A DNA stretch of 64,000 bases, taken from Candidatus Multivorans sp. (lineage in GTDB: Bacteria; Acidobacteriota; Thermoanaerobaculia; Multivoradales; Multivoraceae). How positions within the stretch are numbered: the stretch's first letter is position 1; the number at the start of each line of letters is the position of its first letter. This document shows positions 34,544-45,905 of this stretch, one piece after another. Location of the stretch: positions 193,662 to 257,661 of the forward strand of contig OZ242222.1 in NCBI GenBank assembly GCA_965206765.1, written 5' to 3'. A program made the position numbers and the translations under genes. The notes beneath the pieces are model-generated. The model was given only the letters and a program-made list of their open reading frames with translations, was not told the origin of the DNA and made no database searches.

Positions 34544-37480
34544 ATGAACAACGTCGTCTCCCAGACTCTCGGTCTGACTCTTGCTTCGGTTCTTGTGGCG
34601 GCGCTCGCCGCCGGGGCGAACGCCCAGGAGCTGATGCCGGATCACGACGCGTCGCGCCGGGAGCGGCTCGACTACGCCGGCGGGCGCTTCCGTACCGCGG
34701 AGGGCTTCCAGGTCGAGGCGGCAGCCGAGCCTGGGCTGGTCGGCTCGGTCGTCAACATGACCTTCGACGCCTCCGGCCGAGCCCTGCTGGCGCTCGAGGG
34801 CAACGGTCTGGCGGTGCTCGAGGACAGCGACGGCGACGGCGTCTACGACCGCAGGATCGACATCGCGCCACAGGTCGAGACGGCGCACGGCCTGTACGTC
34901 ATGGGGCCGGGCGACCTGCTGGTGCACGCCAACGGCGACGGCCGGCTGGCCGAGGCCGCCGGCGTCGAGGGTGAGGTGCGCTCCAACGGCTCCGTCGAGG
35001 ACACCGGGCTCTACCGGTTGCGGGATACCGACGGCGACGACCGGGTCGATGCCGTCGAACGGATCGCCCGCGCGACGGGCCGGATCCAGGAGCACGGCCC
35101 GCACACGATCGCCCGCGGTCCCGACGGGGCGCTCTACCTGCTGTACGGGAACTACTCCGGCCCCGATGTGCGGCTGGCGGAGTCGTCGGCGCTGCGCGAG
35201 CTGCAGGAGGACCAGCTCCTGCCGCGCATCCTCGATCCCCGGGGCCACGCCAACAGCCTGCGGGCGCCGGGCGGCACGCTCTACCGGGTTGATCTTCCGA
35301 CGAACACCTGGGAACGGCTGTCCGGTGGTCTGCGCAACCCCTTCGATCTGGCGATCGGGGCGGCCGGCGAGGTCTTCGCCTACGAGGCCGACATGGAGTG
35401 GGACCGCGGCCTGCCGTGGTTCCGCCCGACCAGGGTCGTCCACCTGATTCCGGCCGGAGACTACGGCTGGCGCACGGGCGCCGGGAAGTTCGCCTTCTAC
35501 GAGATCGACACCCTGCCCGGGGTCGTCGATATCGGTCGTGGATCGCCGGTGGGCGTCGCCTTCTACTACCACGACGCCTACCCTGAGCGGTACCAGGGCG
35601 CCTACTTCATGGGCGACTGGTCGCGGGGGCGCATCCGGGTTCTGTTCCCCGAGCGGTCCGGCGCCACCTGGACCGGTGAGGCGCACGATTTCGTGCTCGG
35701 CGAGCCGCTCAACGTGACCGACATGGATGTCGGGCCGGACGGCTGGCTCTACTTCGTCACCGGCGGCCGGGGGACTTCGGGCGGTTTGTACCGCGTGACC
35801 TACGACCAGCCGGGCGCGTCTCCGGAGGCGACCGGCGCACTGCGCGCCGTGAGGCAGCCGATGCCGCGTTCCGGGTGGGGCAGGGAGGCCATTGTCGCCG
35901 CACGGGCGGAGGCGGGCGACGCCTGGGCGCCGGAGCTGTGGCGGATCGTCCGCGATCCGGGCAGCGAAACGCTCGACCGCCAGCGGGCACTGGAACTGCT
36001 CCAGGTCCACGGTCCCAAGCCGACCCTGGACGAGACGTCGGCCTTGCTTTCGAGCGACGAGCCGATGGTGCGCGCGGCGGCGGCGGCGCTCCTCGGCGCC
36101 TACACGTTCGCGCAGGTGCAGGAACCGCTTCGCACGGCACTCGCGGATCCCGACCCCCTGGTGGCGCGGCGTGCGGCCGAGTCGCTGGTCCGGTCGGGGC
36201 TTCATCCGCGTACCCGAGGGCTCAAGGTCGCGACCTCCGAAGCGCTCTACGCCCTGCTCGACCACGAGGACCGGTTCCTGCGCTACGCCGCGCGCGAGGC
36301 GATCCTGCGCATCGCCCACGGCTATTGGGTCGATGCGGCGATCATGGCCGGGCCGGCGCAACGTCCTCGGGGCGTCTTTGAAGCCCTCTTGGCGGTGATC
36401 TACCGCCAGGAGCACAAGCTGGAGTACGGCTTCCTGACCGGGAAGCTGTTCCAGTTGGCCCAGGCCGACCTGGACATCGAGGGAGAGCTCGACTTCCTGC
36501 GCATGCTGGAGATCGCCTTCGTCCGCGACGAGGATCCGGAGGCGCCAGGCCGCGCCGACGCCCGCTCCGGGTTGGGCCCCATGCTGCTCGGTCGCTACCC
36601 GCACGCCGACGATCGCGCCAACCGCCAGCTCGAGCGGCTGCTCGCCTACCTCCAGCCGGAGGGAGCGCTGGCGAAGATGGTCGACCGCCTGGAGGCGGAA
36701 CGACCGGACGCGGAGCGAATCCACACCGCCTACTGCCTGCGCGCGATGGACCGGGAGTGGACACCGGAACTGCGCAGGCGGGTCGTGGCCTGGTTCGACG
36801 CGGCGCGCGAGTTCCGCGGCGCCGCCAGCATGGAGGGGTACATCGACGCGATCTGGACCGACGTGCTGGCGCGGTTCCCCGCCGACGAGCGGAGCGCCGC
36901 CGAAGAACGGCTGGAGCTGCAGCGTGCCGAGCGCGCCCAACGCGCCGCCGACCTGATCACCGAGGTGGAGGGCGACCAGCCCGGCAGGAGCGACCTCGCC
37001 CAGATGAGTTTCGAGGAGCTCGCCGAGTACCTGGAGTACGACGTGATGGCCTACGAGCGCCACAGCCCCGAGCAGGGCGAGCGGGTGTTCCACCGCGCCC
37101 GGTGCTCGGCGTGCCACGTGTTCGGAGACATCGGCCGCGGCGGGGGGCCGGACCTCTCGACGGTGGTCAAGCGGTTCCGCCGCCGCGAGGTGCTGGAGTC
37201 GATCGTGTTCCCGTCGCGGGTCATCTCGGACCAGTACCAGGCGGTCGATGTCGAACTCGACGACGGGAGTTCCCACAGCGGCATGGTCGTCGAGGACACG
37301 GCGGCTCGGCTGACCCTGATCGATGCCGGCGGCAACCGGCTCGACCTGGACCGGGCACGCATTCGCAGCCAGGGGCCGTCAGCGCTGTCGATCATGCCCG
37401 AGGGCCTGCTCGACGCGATGACGCTGAGCGACCTGACCAGCCTGATCCGCTTCCTGGACGAGGGGGCGGAGCAGCAGTAG
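34544..37480 (+). CDS. Large secreted PVC-type protein: membrane-bound-dehydrogenase-like beta-propeller, HEAT repeats and a C-terminal CxxCH cytochrome c domain.
   Basis: Signal peptide, then LYRVDLPT/PFDLAIG propeller motifs. HEAT-like repeats follow, then CSACHVFGDIGRGGGPDLS (Planctomycete-type heme-binding domain). Confidence 0.7.
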   Translation: MNNVVSQTLGLTLASVLVAALAAGANAQELMPDHDASRRERLDYAGGRFRTAEGFQVEAAAEPGLVGSVVNMTFDASGRALLALEGNGLAVLEDSDGDGVYDRRIDIAPQVETAHGLYVMGPGDLLVHANGDGRLAEAAGVEGEVRSNGSVEDTGLYRLRDTDGDDRVDAVERIARATGRIQEHGPHTIARGPDGALYLLYGNYSGPDVRLAESSALRELQEDQLLPRILDPRGHANSLRAPGGTLYRVDLPTNTWERLSGGLRNPFDLAIGAAGEVFAYEADMEWDRGLPWFRPTRVVHLIPAGDYGWRTGAGKFAFYEIDTLPGVVDIGRGSPVGVAFYYHDAYPERYQGAYFMGDWSRGRIRVLFPERSGATWTGEAHDFVLGEPLNVTDMDVGPDGWLYFVTGGRGTSGGLYRVTYDQPGASPEATGALRAVRQPMPRSGWGREAIVAARAEAGDAWAPELWRIVRDPGSETLDRQRALELLQVHGPKPTLDETSALLSSDEPMVRAAAAALLGAYTFAQVQEPLRTALADPDPLVARRAAESLVRSGLHPRTRGLKVATSEALYALLDHEDRFLRYAAREAILRIAHGYWVDAAIMAGPAQRPRGVFEALLAVIYRQEHKLEYGFLTGKLFQLAQADLDIEGELDFLRMLEIAFVRDEDPEAPGRADARSGLGPMLLGRYPHADDRANRQLERLLAYLQPEGALAKMVDRLEAERPDAERIHTAYCLRAMDREWTPELRRRVVAWFDAAREFRGAASMEGYIDAIWTDVLARFPADERSAAEERLELQRAERAQRAADLITEVEGDQPGRSDLAQMSFEELAEYLEYDVMAYERHSPEQGERVFHRARCSACHVFGDIGRGGGPDLSTVVKRFRRREVLESIVFPSRVISDQYQAVDVELDDGSSHSGMVVEDTAARLTLIDAGGNRLDLDRARIRSQGPSALSIMPEGLLDAMTLSDLTSLIRFLDEGAEQQ

Positions 37481-37538
37481 AGGAACGGCTCGCCGACCCT
37501 TCCTTCCGCCTCGGATCGTCACCGCCGACCTCGCTGCC

Positions 37539-37991
37539 ATGCCTCCTCAGTCGCGAACGAAGTCCCGGCGCTCGCGGCATCCGGTTTGCCGCGGTGTCCG
37601 AGGAGCGACGACGGTCGGGGGTTCGAGCCGGGAGGAGATCCTGACCGCAACGGCGGAACTGCTCGAGCGGATGGTTCAGGCCAACGGCATCGAGCCCGAG
37701 GACGTCGCGAGCGCCATGTTCACGACCTCACCCGACCTGACCGCGGAGTATCCGGCCCTCGCGGCACGGTTGATGGGGTGGCGCAACGCGGCCCTGCTGT
37801 GCGGTCACGAGATGGCCGTCCCGGGCGGCCTGGAACGTTGCGTGCGCATCCTGTTGCACTGGAATACGACCCTGCCCGCCGACAAGATTGAACACGTCTA
37901 CATCCACGGCGCCGCCAACCTGCGCCCCGACCGCAGCGAACTCGAGGAACTGCGCCGGCAGGTCGACATCGGGCGGCGCCCTGTGCCGTAG
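37539..37991 (+). CDS. aroH: Monofunctional chorismate mutase, AroH class.
   Basis: VRGATTV...EEILTATAELLERMVQANGI...FTTSPDLTAEYPALAARLMGW...CVRILLHW matches the AroH signature. Confidence 0.85.
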   Translation: MPPQSRTKSRRSRHPVCRGVRGATTVGGSSREEILTATAELLERMVQANGIEPEDVASAMFTTSPDLTAEYPALAARLMGWRNAALLCGHEMAVPGGLERCVRILLHWNTTLPADKIEHVYIHGAANLRPDRSELEELRRQVDIGRRPVP

Positions 37992-38073
37992 CGATAAACG
38001 TGACTAGAATGGTCAACTTTAGGCGCTTCCCAGCAGATCGAGATAACCCGCGACCCGATAGACCGGAGGAACC

Positions 38074-38730
38074 ATGGCGCTCAGAATCAACGACGAGGCT
38101 CCCAACTTCACCGCCCAGACCACCCAGGGAGAGATCGACTTCCACGAGTGGATCGGCGACGGCTGGTGCGTCCTGTTCTCCCATCCCAAGGACTTCACGC
38201 CGGTCTGCACGACCGAGCTGGGCGCCGTGGCCGGTCTCAAGGGCGAGTTCGACCGGCGCAACTGCAAGGTGATCGGCATCAGCGTCGACGGCGTCTCGGA
38301 CCACGAGGCGTGGTCGAAGGACATCGAGGCGTCTCAGGGCCACGCCGTGAACTACCCGTTGATCGGGGACCCGACGCTGGACATCGTCAAGCGCTACGAC
38401 ATGCTGCCCGCGGAAGCCGGCGACACCTCCGCAGGACGGACACCGATGGACAACGCCACCGCCCGTTCGGTCTTCATCATCGGCCCGGACAAGCGGATCA
38501 AGGCGACACTGACCTACCCGATGAGCACCGGCCGCAACTTCGCCGAGATCCTGCGCCTGGTCGACTCCGTGCAGTTGACGGCGAAGGAGCAGGTGGCGAC
38601 GCCGGCGAACTGGGAGCAGGGCGACGACGTGATCATCCTGCCGGCAGTGTCGGACGAGGCCGCCAAGGCCAAGTACCCGCAGGGCTGGCAGCAGCCACTG
38701 CCGTACATCCGGGTCGTCCCGCAGCCGTAA
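38074..38730 (+). CDS. 1-Cys peroxiredoxin (Prx6-like).
   Basis: FSHPKDFTPVCTTELG peroxidatic-cysteine motif. About 218 aa. Confidence 0.9.
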   Translation: MALRINDEAPNFTAQTTQGEIDFHEWIGDGWCVLFSHPKDFTPVCTTELGAVAGLKGEFDRRNCKVIGISVDGVSDHEAWSKDIEASQGHAVNYPLIGDPTLDIVKRYDMLPAEAGDTSAGRTPMDNATARSVFIIGPDKRIKATLTYPMSTGRNFAEILRLVDSVQLTAKEQVATPANWEQGDDVIILPAVSDEAAKAKYPQGWQQPLPYIRVVPQP

Positions 38731-38918
38731 CCGCGCGGACTCCGGGTGGCTAGGAGCTTGCGCGGTAGAACGATCTGACCTGGGAACCCGTGTGGCGCGA
38801 CCCGCGCCACACGCGAACCACTCCGTGCGCACGTCATCGGGCGCACGGATGGCACGCGGGCATCCTGCCCGCATCCGGCGCGAAGCGTCGGCCTCCGGTA
38901 GTTCTGCCGCGCAAGCTC

Positions 38919-39308
38919 CTACTCGGGCGAGTCGAACCGGGAGCCGCCCCGGCAGTCCGGGGACAGGCTCCGGCTCTCGCCGCGTGCGCGCCATTCGGCA
39001 GGGGTCCAGGCGTCGATCGCCAGGGCGTGGACCGGACCCGCCAGCTCATCGGCCAGGGCGCCGTGGACAAGGCGGTGCCTGCGGAGCCGGGTTGCGCCCT
39101 CGAACCGGCTGCTGACGACAACGACCCGGAAGTGGGTCTCGGCCTTGGGCGGTACGTTGTGCATCCCGCTCTCGTTGAGAACCTCCAGCACTTCGGCGCC
39201 GGTCGCCGCTTCGAGCTTGGCGCGGATCGTCCGCTCCAGGAGTGTTCCCTGGACAACCGCCTTCCCGGAGGCGCGGTTGGTGGCGAGGGGGCGGGCGATG
39301 CCGGTCAT
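38919..39308 (-). CDS. bolA: BolA-family transcriptional regulator.
   Basis: ESGMHNVP...THFRVVVVSSRFEG...RHRLVHGAL...HALAIDAWTPAEW. Confidence 0.8.
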   Translation of the reverse strand: MTGIARPLATNRASGKAVVQGTLLERTIRAKLEAATGAEVLEVLNESGMHNVPPKAETHFRVVVVSSRFEGATRLRRHRLVHGALADELAGPVHALAIDAWTPAEWRARGESRSLSPDCRGGSRFDSPE

Positions 39309-39360
39309 GGGCGGAGCATAGCGCTGCCGTCCCGCGGGTGCGTGCTACGGTCCTCCGCCG

Positions 39361-40071
39361 ATGGCTACCGACCGCCGTTCGCCTTGGATCTACGTGCTCC
39401 TGGGCTGTCTGGGCCTCCTGGTTCTAGGAGCCCTGGTCGTCGGCGGCCTGGTGTTCTTCGGTGTTCGCACTGCCCGGAACATTGCTGCCGACAACCAGGA
39501 TCCCGAGCGCCGACGCGAACGGGCTCTCGAGATTCTCGGCGCCGACGAAGCGCCGGGCGGGTACTACCCGGCGGGTGTGATCTCGGTTCCCTTCGTGATC
39601 GACATGGCCGTCCTGTCGGACCTGCCTCCGGGCGCGGAACCGTGGGCCGGCGAGTTCGGGGAACGGGGCTTCTACTACGTTCAGGCCCGGTGGGGAGGCG
39701 ATGACCTGAGGGCGTTCTTCGACGGTGAGACGTCGGAGGCGATAGCCCTGCGGGACATGGGGCTGGAGCTCGATCTCGAGGAGAATCTCGAGCGCGGCGA
39801 TCTCGACCGGGAGGATGTCGCCGCGCGATGGGCGACCTTCCGCGGCAGCACGATGTTCGGGCCGGGGGAACAGATCGGGGAAGTCGTGACGTTGATCGAG
39901 TTTGATTGCCCGGGGGACGAGCGGATGCGCATGGGCATCTGGTTCGGCCCTTGGGGGGAGAGCAGGAGTGCGGATTTTGCTAGTGACGACGGCGCGGTCG
40001 ATTCAGTTCCTGGGAGCGAGGCGATTGCCGCGTTTCTCGAGCCGATGCACCCCTGCGGCGCGCCCGGTTGA
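39361..40071 (+). CDS. Hypothetical N-terminally membrane-anchored protein.
   Basis: Single TM helix YVLLGCLGLLVLGALVVGGLVFFGV. The rest is hydrophilic. No family recognised. Confidence 0.45.
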   Translation: MATDRRSPWIYVLLGCLGLLVLGALVVGGLVFFGVRTARNIAADNQDPERRRERALEILGADEAPGGYYPAGVISVPFVIDMAVLSDLPPGAEPWAGEFGERGFYYVQARWGGDDLRAFFDGETSEAIALRDMGLELDLEENLERGDLDREDVAARWATFRGSTMFGPGEQIGEVVTLIEFDCPGDERMRMGIWFGPWGESRSADFASDDGAVDSVPGSEAIAAFLEPMHPCGAPG

Positions 40072-40084
40072 CGGGAACGCTGCG

Positions 40085-41941
40085 ATGCCCCGAAGAACGG
40101 ATCGCCTTCGCCGTCTGGGCGTCTGCCTGGCGGCGGCGGGCGTCTGCTGCTGGTTGGCCGTCCCCGCGGCCGCACAGTCTTCCGGCGGCGGGTCGGCCAG
40201 GTACCGGCTGACGTTCGAAGGCGCCTGGACGCGCACTGTCACGCCGGGCGGAGTGCCGGGCGGCGCGCACTTCTCCCCGCTGATCGGCGCCGTCCACAAC
40301 AACCAGGTGAGCTTCTGGAGGCGCGGCGGCACAGCCAGCCCGGAGCTCGAACAAGTGGCGGAACTCGGAGTCAATACGAGGATGCGAGCGTTGATGAAGA
40401 GCAGCCGCTCGCAGGTGCTGGAGGTGCTCGAGAAGAACCCGGGGAGAGGCGGTACAGCCCGGACGACGATCGAGTTCGAGGCCACCAGAGACTTTCCCCT
40501 GGTCACCCTGGTCACGATGGTCGCGCCCAGCCCGGACTGGTTCGTGAGCGTCCCCGGGCTGTCGTTGCTCGACGGTCAGGGCGAGTGGCTGACCGGCCGC
40601 GAGGTCGACCTGTTTCCCTACGACGCGGGGACCGAAGAAGGAACCGAGTTCTCCCTCGACAATCGGCCAACCGTGCCCCGGGAAACGATCACGAGCATCC
40701 GGGGGATGGGCAAGTTCACCGATGCGCCGATAGCGCGGCTGACGTTCGAACTGCTGGAGTCTGACGACCCCGACGACACGGACGACACGGACGACACGGG
40801 CGACATGGCGCCGCGGTTTGTTGGGGACGTCGCGGCGCAGGCGTCGGGAGATACCGCGGTCGTCGTGTTCTGGCGAGGGGAGTGGGCCGAGCCCGAAAGG
40901 GGGAGACTCGATGTCGAGGCGCGCGGCCAGAAGACGGACTGGACCGTGCTCGTGACCGCCGACGCCAGTGACGCGCAGGTGCGCATCGACGGCCTGGAGA
41001 CCGGGGCGCCGTACACGTTCCGGCTACGCGGCCAGAACGCTGAGGGAGGGTTCGAGTACTCGCAGCAGGTCAGCGCCACAACCGGCGCCTACGATGGCGC
41101 TTGCCGCGCCGGCGAGGGGTTCCTGTGTCTGCGGGAAGATCGCTTCGAGGTTCAGGTTCACTGGAAGAACAATGCTCGGGCCGGCGATTTCGGGATCGGT
41201 AGCAGTGTGCCCGTGGAGGTCTCCGACGAGTCCGGGCTGTTCTGGTTCTTCAGTCCGGCCAACATCGAGCTCGTGGTCAAGGTCCTCGACGGCCGCGCGC
41301 ACAATGGCAATCACTGGGTGTTCTACGGCGCGCTCTCCGATGTCGAGTACTGGATCACGGTGCGGGACGTCGTGGCGGGCGCCAGGCGCACGTACCACAA
41401 CACGCAGGGTCGGATCTGCGGCCAGAACGACACGAAGGCGTTCCCTCAGAGTGCCGTTGCCGCTGTCGGTGCCCCGGCCGGCGAAAGCGGTTTGCCGGGT
41501 TCTGCCGGTGTGGACCTGCTTCGGATCGAGGCACTCCCGTTCGAAGCGGTCGGGGTCGCGCTGCCAGTTCATGGCAGCGGCCACTGCGAACCCGGCCCGC
41601 AGCGTCTGTGCGTCCTGGACAACCGTTTCTCGCTCGAAGTCCGGTTCATCGACCCCAACGAGTCGAATCCGGGCGTCGATCCGGAGAAGGCGGCGACGGT
41701 GCTGCCCTCGCTGACCACCGCGGAGACGGGCTTCTTCTGGTTCTTCAACGCGTCGAACATCGAGTTGGCGGCGAAGGTGCTCGACGGCCGGGCGAGCAAC
41801 GGCCGCTTCTGGCTGCTCTACGGAGGTGTCTCGGATGTCGAGTACACGCTCACGGTCACGGACACCGTCACCGGCGCTTTCAAGAGCTACCGCAACGAAC
41901 AGGGGAGCATCTGCGGAGAGGTCGACACGGACGCCTTCTAG
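40085..41941 (+). CDS. Secreted Spondin_N-domain protein with a fibronectin-III-like domain and two tandem copies of an uncharacterised Cys-bracketed domain of about 110 aa.
   Basis: Signal peptide MPRRTDRLRRLGVCLAAAGVCCWLAVPAAAQ. Spondin_N-like region RYRLTFEGAWT...HFSPLIGAVHN. Acidic (DDTDDTDDTGD) linker. Then two repeats sharing LC-x-RF-V-W...SGLFWFF...N-E...KVLDG...NG..W..YG..SDVEY...V.DTVTG..K.Y.N.QG.ICG..DT.AF. Confidence 0.7.
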   Translation: MPRRTDRLRRLGVCLAAAGVCCWLAVPAAAQSSGGGSARYRLTFEGAWTRTVTPGGVPGGAHFSPLIGAVHNNQVSFWRRGGTASPELEQVAELGVNTRMRALMKSSRSQVLEVLEKNPGRGGTARTTIEFEATRDFPLVTLVTMVAPSPDWFVSVPGLSLLDGQGEWLTGREVDLFPYDAGTEEGTEFSLDNRPTVPRETITSIRGMGKFTDAPIARLTFELLESDDPDDTDDTDDTGDMAPRFVGDVAAQASGDTAVVVFWRGEWAEPERGRLDVEARGQKTDWTVLVTADASDAQVRIDGLETGAPYTFRLRGQNAEGGFEYSQQVSATTGAYDGACRAGEGFLCLREDRFEVQVHWKNNARAGDFGIGSSVPVEVSDESGLFWFFSPANIELVVKVLDGRAHNGNHWVFYGALSDVEYWITVRDVVAGARRTYHNTQGRICGQNDTKAFPQSAVAAVGAPAGESGLPGSAGVDLLRIEALPFEAVGVALPVHGSGHCEPGPQRLCVLDNRFSLEVRFIDPNESNPGVDPEKAATVLPSLTTAETGFFWFFNASNIELAAKVLDGRASNGRFWLLYGGVSDVEYTLTVTDTVTGAFKSYRNEQGSICGEVDTDAF

Positions 41942-43131
41942 CGGCCGTCCGCGATCCGCTGCAGGTCCCTGCTGCGGTCAACAAACGACTCGAGGAGGGC
42001 GAACTGCACCCGGCAGCGATCCAGGTTCTGCCCCGGTCGCTCGACGCGGAAGTAGACGTCGCCCTGGAGATGGTCGGTCAGGAAGCGGACCGCCTGTTCG
42101 AGCGTCAGCACCAGGGCGCCGTCGACCAGGCTCTGGCGCTCTCCCGCGGTCAGGAAGCGGGCGCCGTCGAGGTAGCCGGAGACAAGGGCGCTGAACAGTT
42201 CCAGGTCGACCTCGATTCCCTCTGGATCGCGGGCATCCTCGTCGGCCCGGTGGGCCATTGACCGGGCCATGTCGCCGAAATCGAAAGCGGCGAGACCGGG
42301 CATCGCGGTATCCAGGTCGACGACGCACAGCGCTTCGCCCCTTGGCCGGTCGAAGAGGATGTTGCTGATCTTGCAGTCGTTGTGGACGATGCGCTGGGGC
42401 ACGCCTCGGGCCGCGGCTTCGATCAACCGGCTGGCCAGACCCCGATGCGCGGCGGCGGCCTGGATTTCGGCCTGCGCCTGCCTGCGGCGGGCCGCGGCGC
42501 CGGCGCCGGCGGGCTCGCCACCCAGCACACGGGCCAGAGCGTCGAAGCGGCTCACCGTGTCGTGGAAGCGGGGAATCGTCTCGAACAGGGGCGGCGGGGG
42601 CAGGTCGGCGAGCATGCCCTGAAAGCGACCGAACGCCTGTGCGGCCCGAAAGACCTGATCGGTGGACGACGCGGTGACCTCGGTCGCCACGTCCTCGATC
42701 AGTTCGTACATTCGCCACCAGCCCCCGGCGCCGCTTCCGCGTTGGGCTTCCTCGCCCTGTGCGCCGTCGCGGTCATCGCGCTGCTGGCGCTGCGGGTCGT
42801 TGATCTCGACCCATGTGCGCCCGCTGTCGGCTGGAATCAGGGTCAGCCGGCGTCGTCGGCTTTGCGGGCCGAGCTTCTCGGCGAGATGACGGGTGATCCG
42901 CTCCACGTTGTCCATCAGCCGCCGTGGCTCGGTGAAGACGTGTTCGTTGATCCGTTGCAGCAGTCCTCGCCGCCCGCCGCGGCTCGAGATGACGTAGGAG
43001 TCGTTGATGTGGCCGCTCCGCAGCTCGTGGGCGGCGGTCGGTTCGCCGCCGAGTCGGAAGCGTGCGGCGATCTCGAGGACGGCCTCCGGTTCAAGGGTCG
43101 GTCGGTTCTTCATCAAGGAGTCATCATCCAT
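41938..43131 (-). CDS. APH/NahK-like phosphotransferase (kinase) family protein.
   Basis: Brenner motif IVHNDCKISNILFD and DLD metal-binding motif. About 400 aa. Confidence 0.6.
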   Translation of the reverse strand: MDDDSLMKNRPTLEPEAVLEIAARFRLGGEPTAAHELRSGHINDSYVISSRGGRRGLLQRINEHVFTEPRRLMDNVERITRHLAEKLGPQSRRRRLTLIPADSGRTWVEINDPQRQQRDDRDGAQGEEAQRGSGAGGWWRMYELIEDVATEVTASSTDQVFRAAQAFGRFQGMLADLPPPPLFETIPRFHDTVSRFDALARVLGGEPAGAGAAARRRQAQAEIQAAAAHRGLASRLIEAAARGVPQRIVHNDCKISNILFDRPRGEALCVVDLDTAMPGLAAFDFGDMARSMAHRADEDARDPEGIEVDLELFSALVSGYLDGARFLTAGERQSLVDGALVLTLEQAVRFLTDHLQGDVYFRVERPGQNLDRCRVQFALLESFVDRSRDLQRIADGR

Positions 43132-43444
43132 GGACAACAAGATGCTAGAGCACGGGGAGGGAGAGAACCCGCGTTCGCACCAGGCCCTTCGGGAGAAGGG
43201 GGAAGAACTGCCGGTACTTCTGAGGTTGGTGAAGATGGACGCACTGCCCCTGTGCGAGAGCGGGGTGAAACACAAGAGGGTGGCTGATCGTCTTCATACT
43301 GGTACACTTGCGCGCCGTCGGCTGTCCAACGATCCGGAACCCGCTGAGGTGCTCCTCCAGCGGGTGGGGTGATCTGTAGGCAGAGGCCCGCCAAGAGAAG
43401 ACACGCCCTACCGCGGCCAAATAGAAACCTCCGGAGAACGAAGC

Positions 43445-45169
<1,725 letters not shown>

Positions 45170-45197
45170 AGCCGACCGGCTCGACAGCAGCTCGACA

Positions 45198-45896
45198 GTG
45201 CGGGTACGCACCGGTACCAGCGGGTTCTCCTACCCGGCGTGGGCGGGGCCGTTCTATCCGGCCGGAACGAAGCGGCCGGACATGCTCGGCTTCTATGCCA
45301 CCAGGCTCGGTGCGGTGGAGATCAACAACACGTTCTACCGGATGCCGAAGGCGGACCTGCTCGAGCGCTGGCGCGGCGCGGTGCCCGGGAGTTTCCGCTT
45401 CGCGCTGAAGGCGTCCCGCCGCATCACGCACCACCAGAGGCTGAAGGACGCCGGCGATTCGGTGGACCATCTCTTCCGTACCGCCGAGGTCCTCGGCGAG
45501 CACCTTGGCCCCTTCCTCTTCCAGTTGCCGCCCTACCTCAAGCGGGACGTCGATCGGCTGGCGAGCTTTCTCGAGATCCTGCCCGACGGTTTGCGAGGGG
45601 CCTTCGAGTTCCGCCATGCCAGTTGGTTCGACGACGAGGTGTTCGCGCTGCTGGAGAGCGCCGGCGCGTCGCTGTGCATCGCGGACAGCGGGAGTGACCA
45701 CGACACGCCCCTGGTGGCAACCGCCGACTTCGGCTATCTGAGGCTCCGCCGCGAGGACTACGACGAAGCCGCGCTCCGTTCCTGGGCCGAGAAGATCCGG
45801 GAGCAACCCTGGAGCGAGGTCTACGTCTTCTTCAAGCACGAAGACGAGGGCGCCGGGCCGCGCATGGCCGGCGAGTTCGAAGCCCTGTTCGGCTGA
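45198..45896 (+). CDS. DUF72 (UPF0759) family protein.
   Basis: GTSGFSYPAW...FYRMP...FALKASR pattern. GTG start. Confidence 0.8.
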   Translation: MRVRTGTSGFSYPAWAGPFYPAGTKRPDMLGFYATRLGAVEINNTFYRMPKADLLERWRGAVPGSFRFALKASRRITHHQRLKDAGDSVDHLFRTAEVLGEHLGPFLFQLPPYLKRDVDRLASFLEILPDGLRGAFEFRHASWFDDEVFALLESAGASLCIADSGSDHDTPLVATADFGYLRLRREDYDEAALRSWAEKIREQPWSEVYVFFKHEDEGAGPRMAGEFEALFG

Positions 45897-45905
45897 CGTG
45901 TCGCG

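Noticed and set aside
34541-37276. 911-aa minus-strand ORF antisense to the PVC-type protein gene.
   Set aside because: High-GC antisense open frame. The sense gene has signal peptide, propeller, HEAT and CxxCH features.
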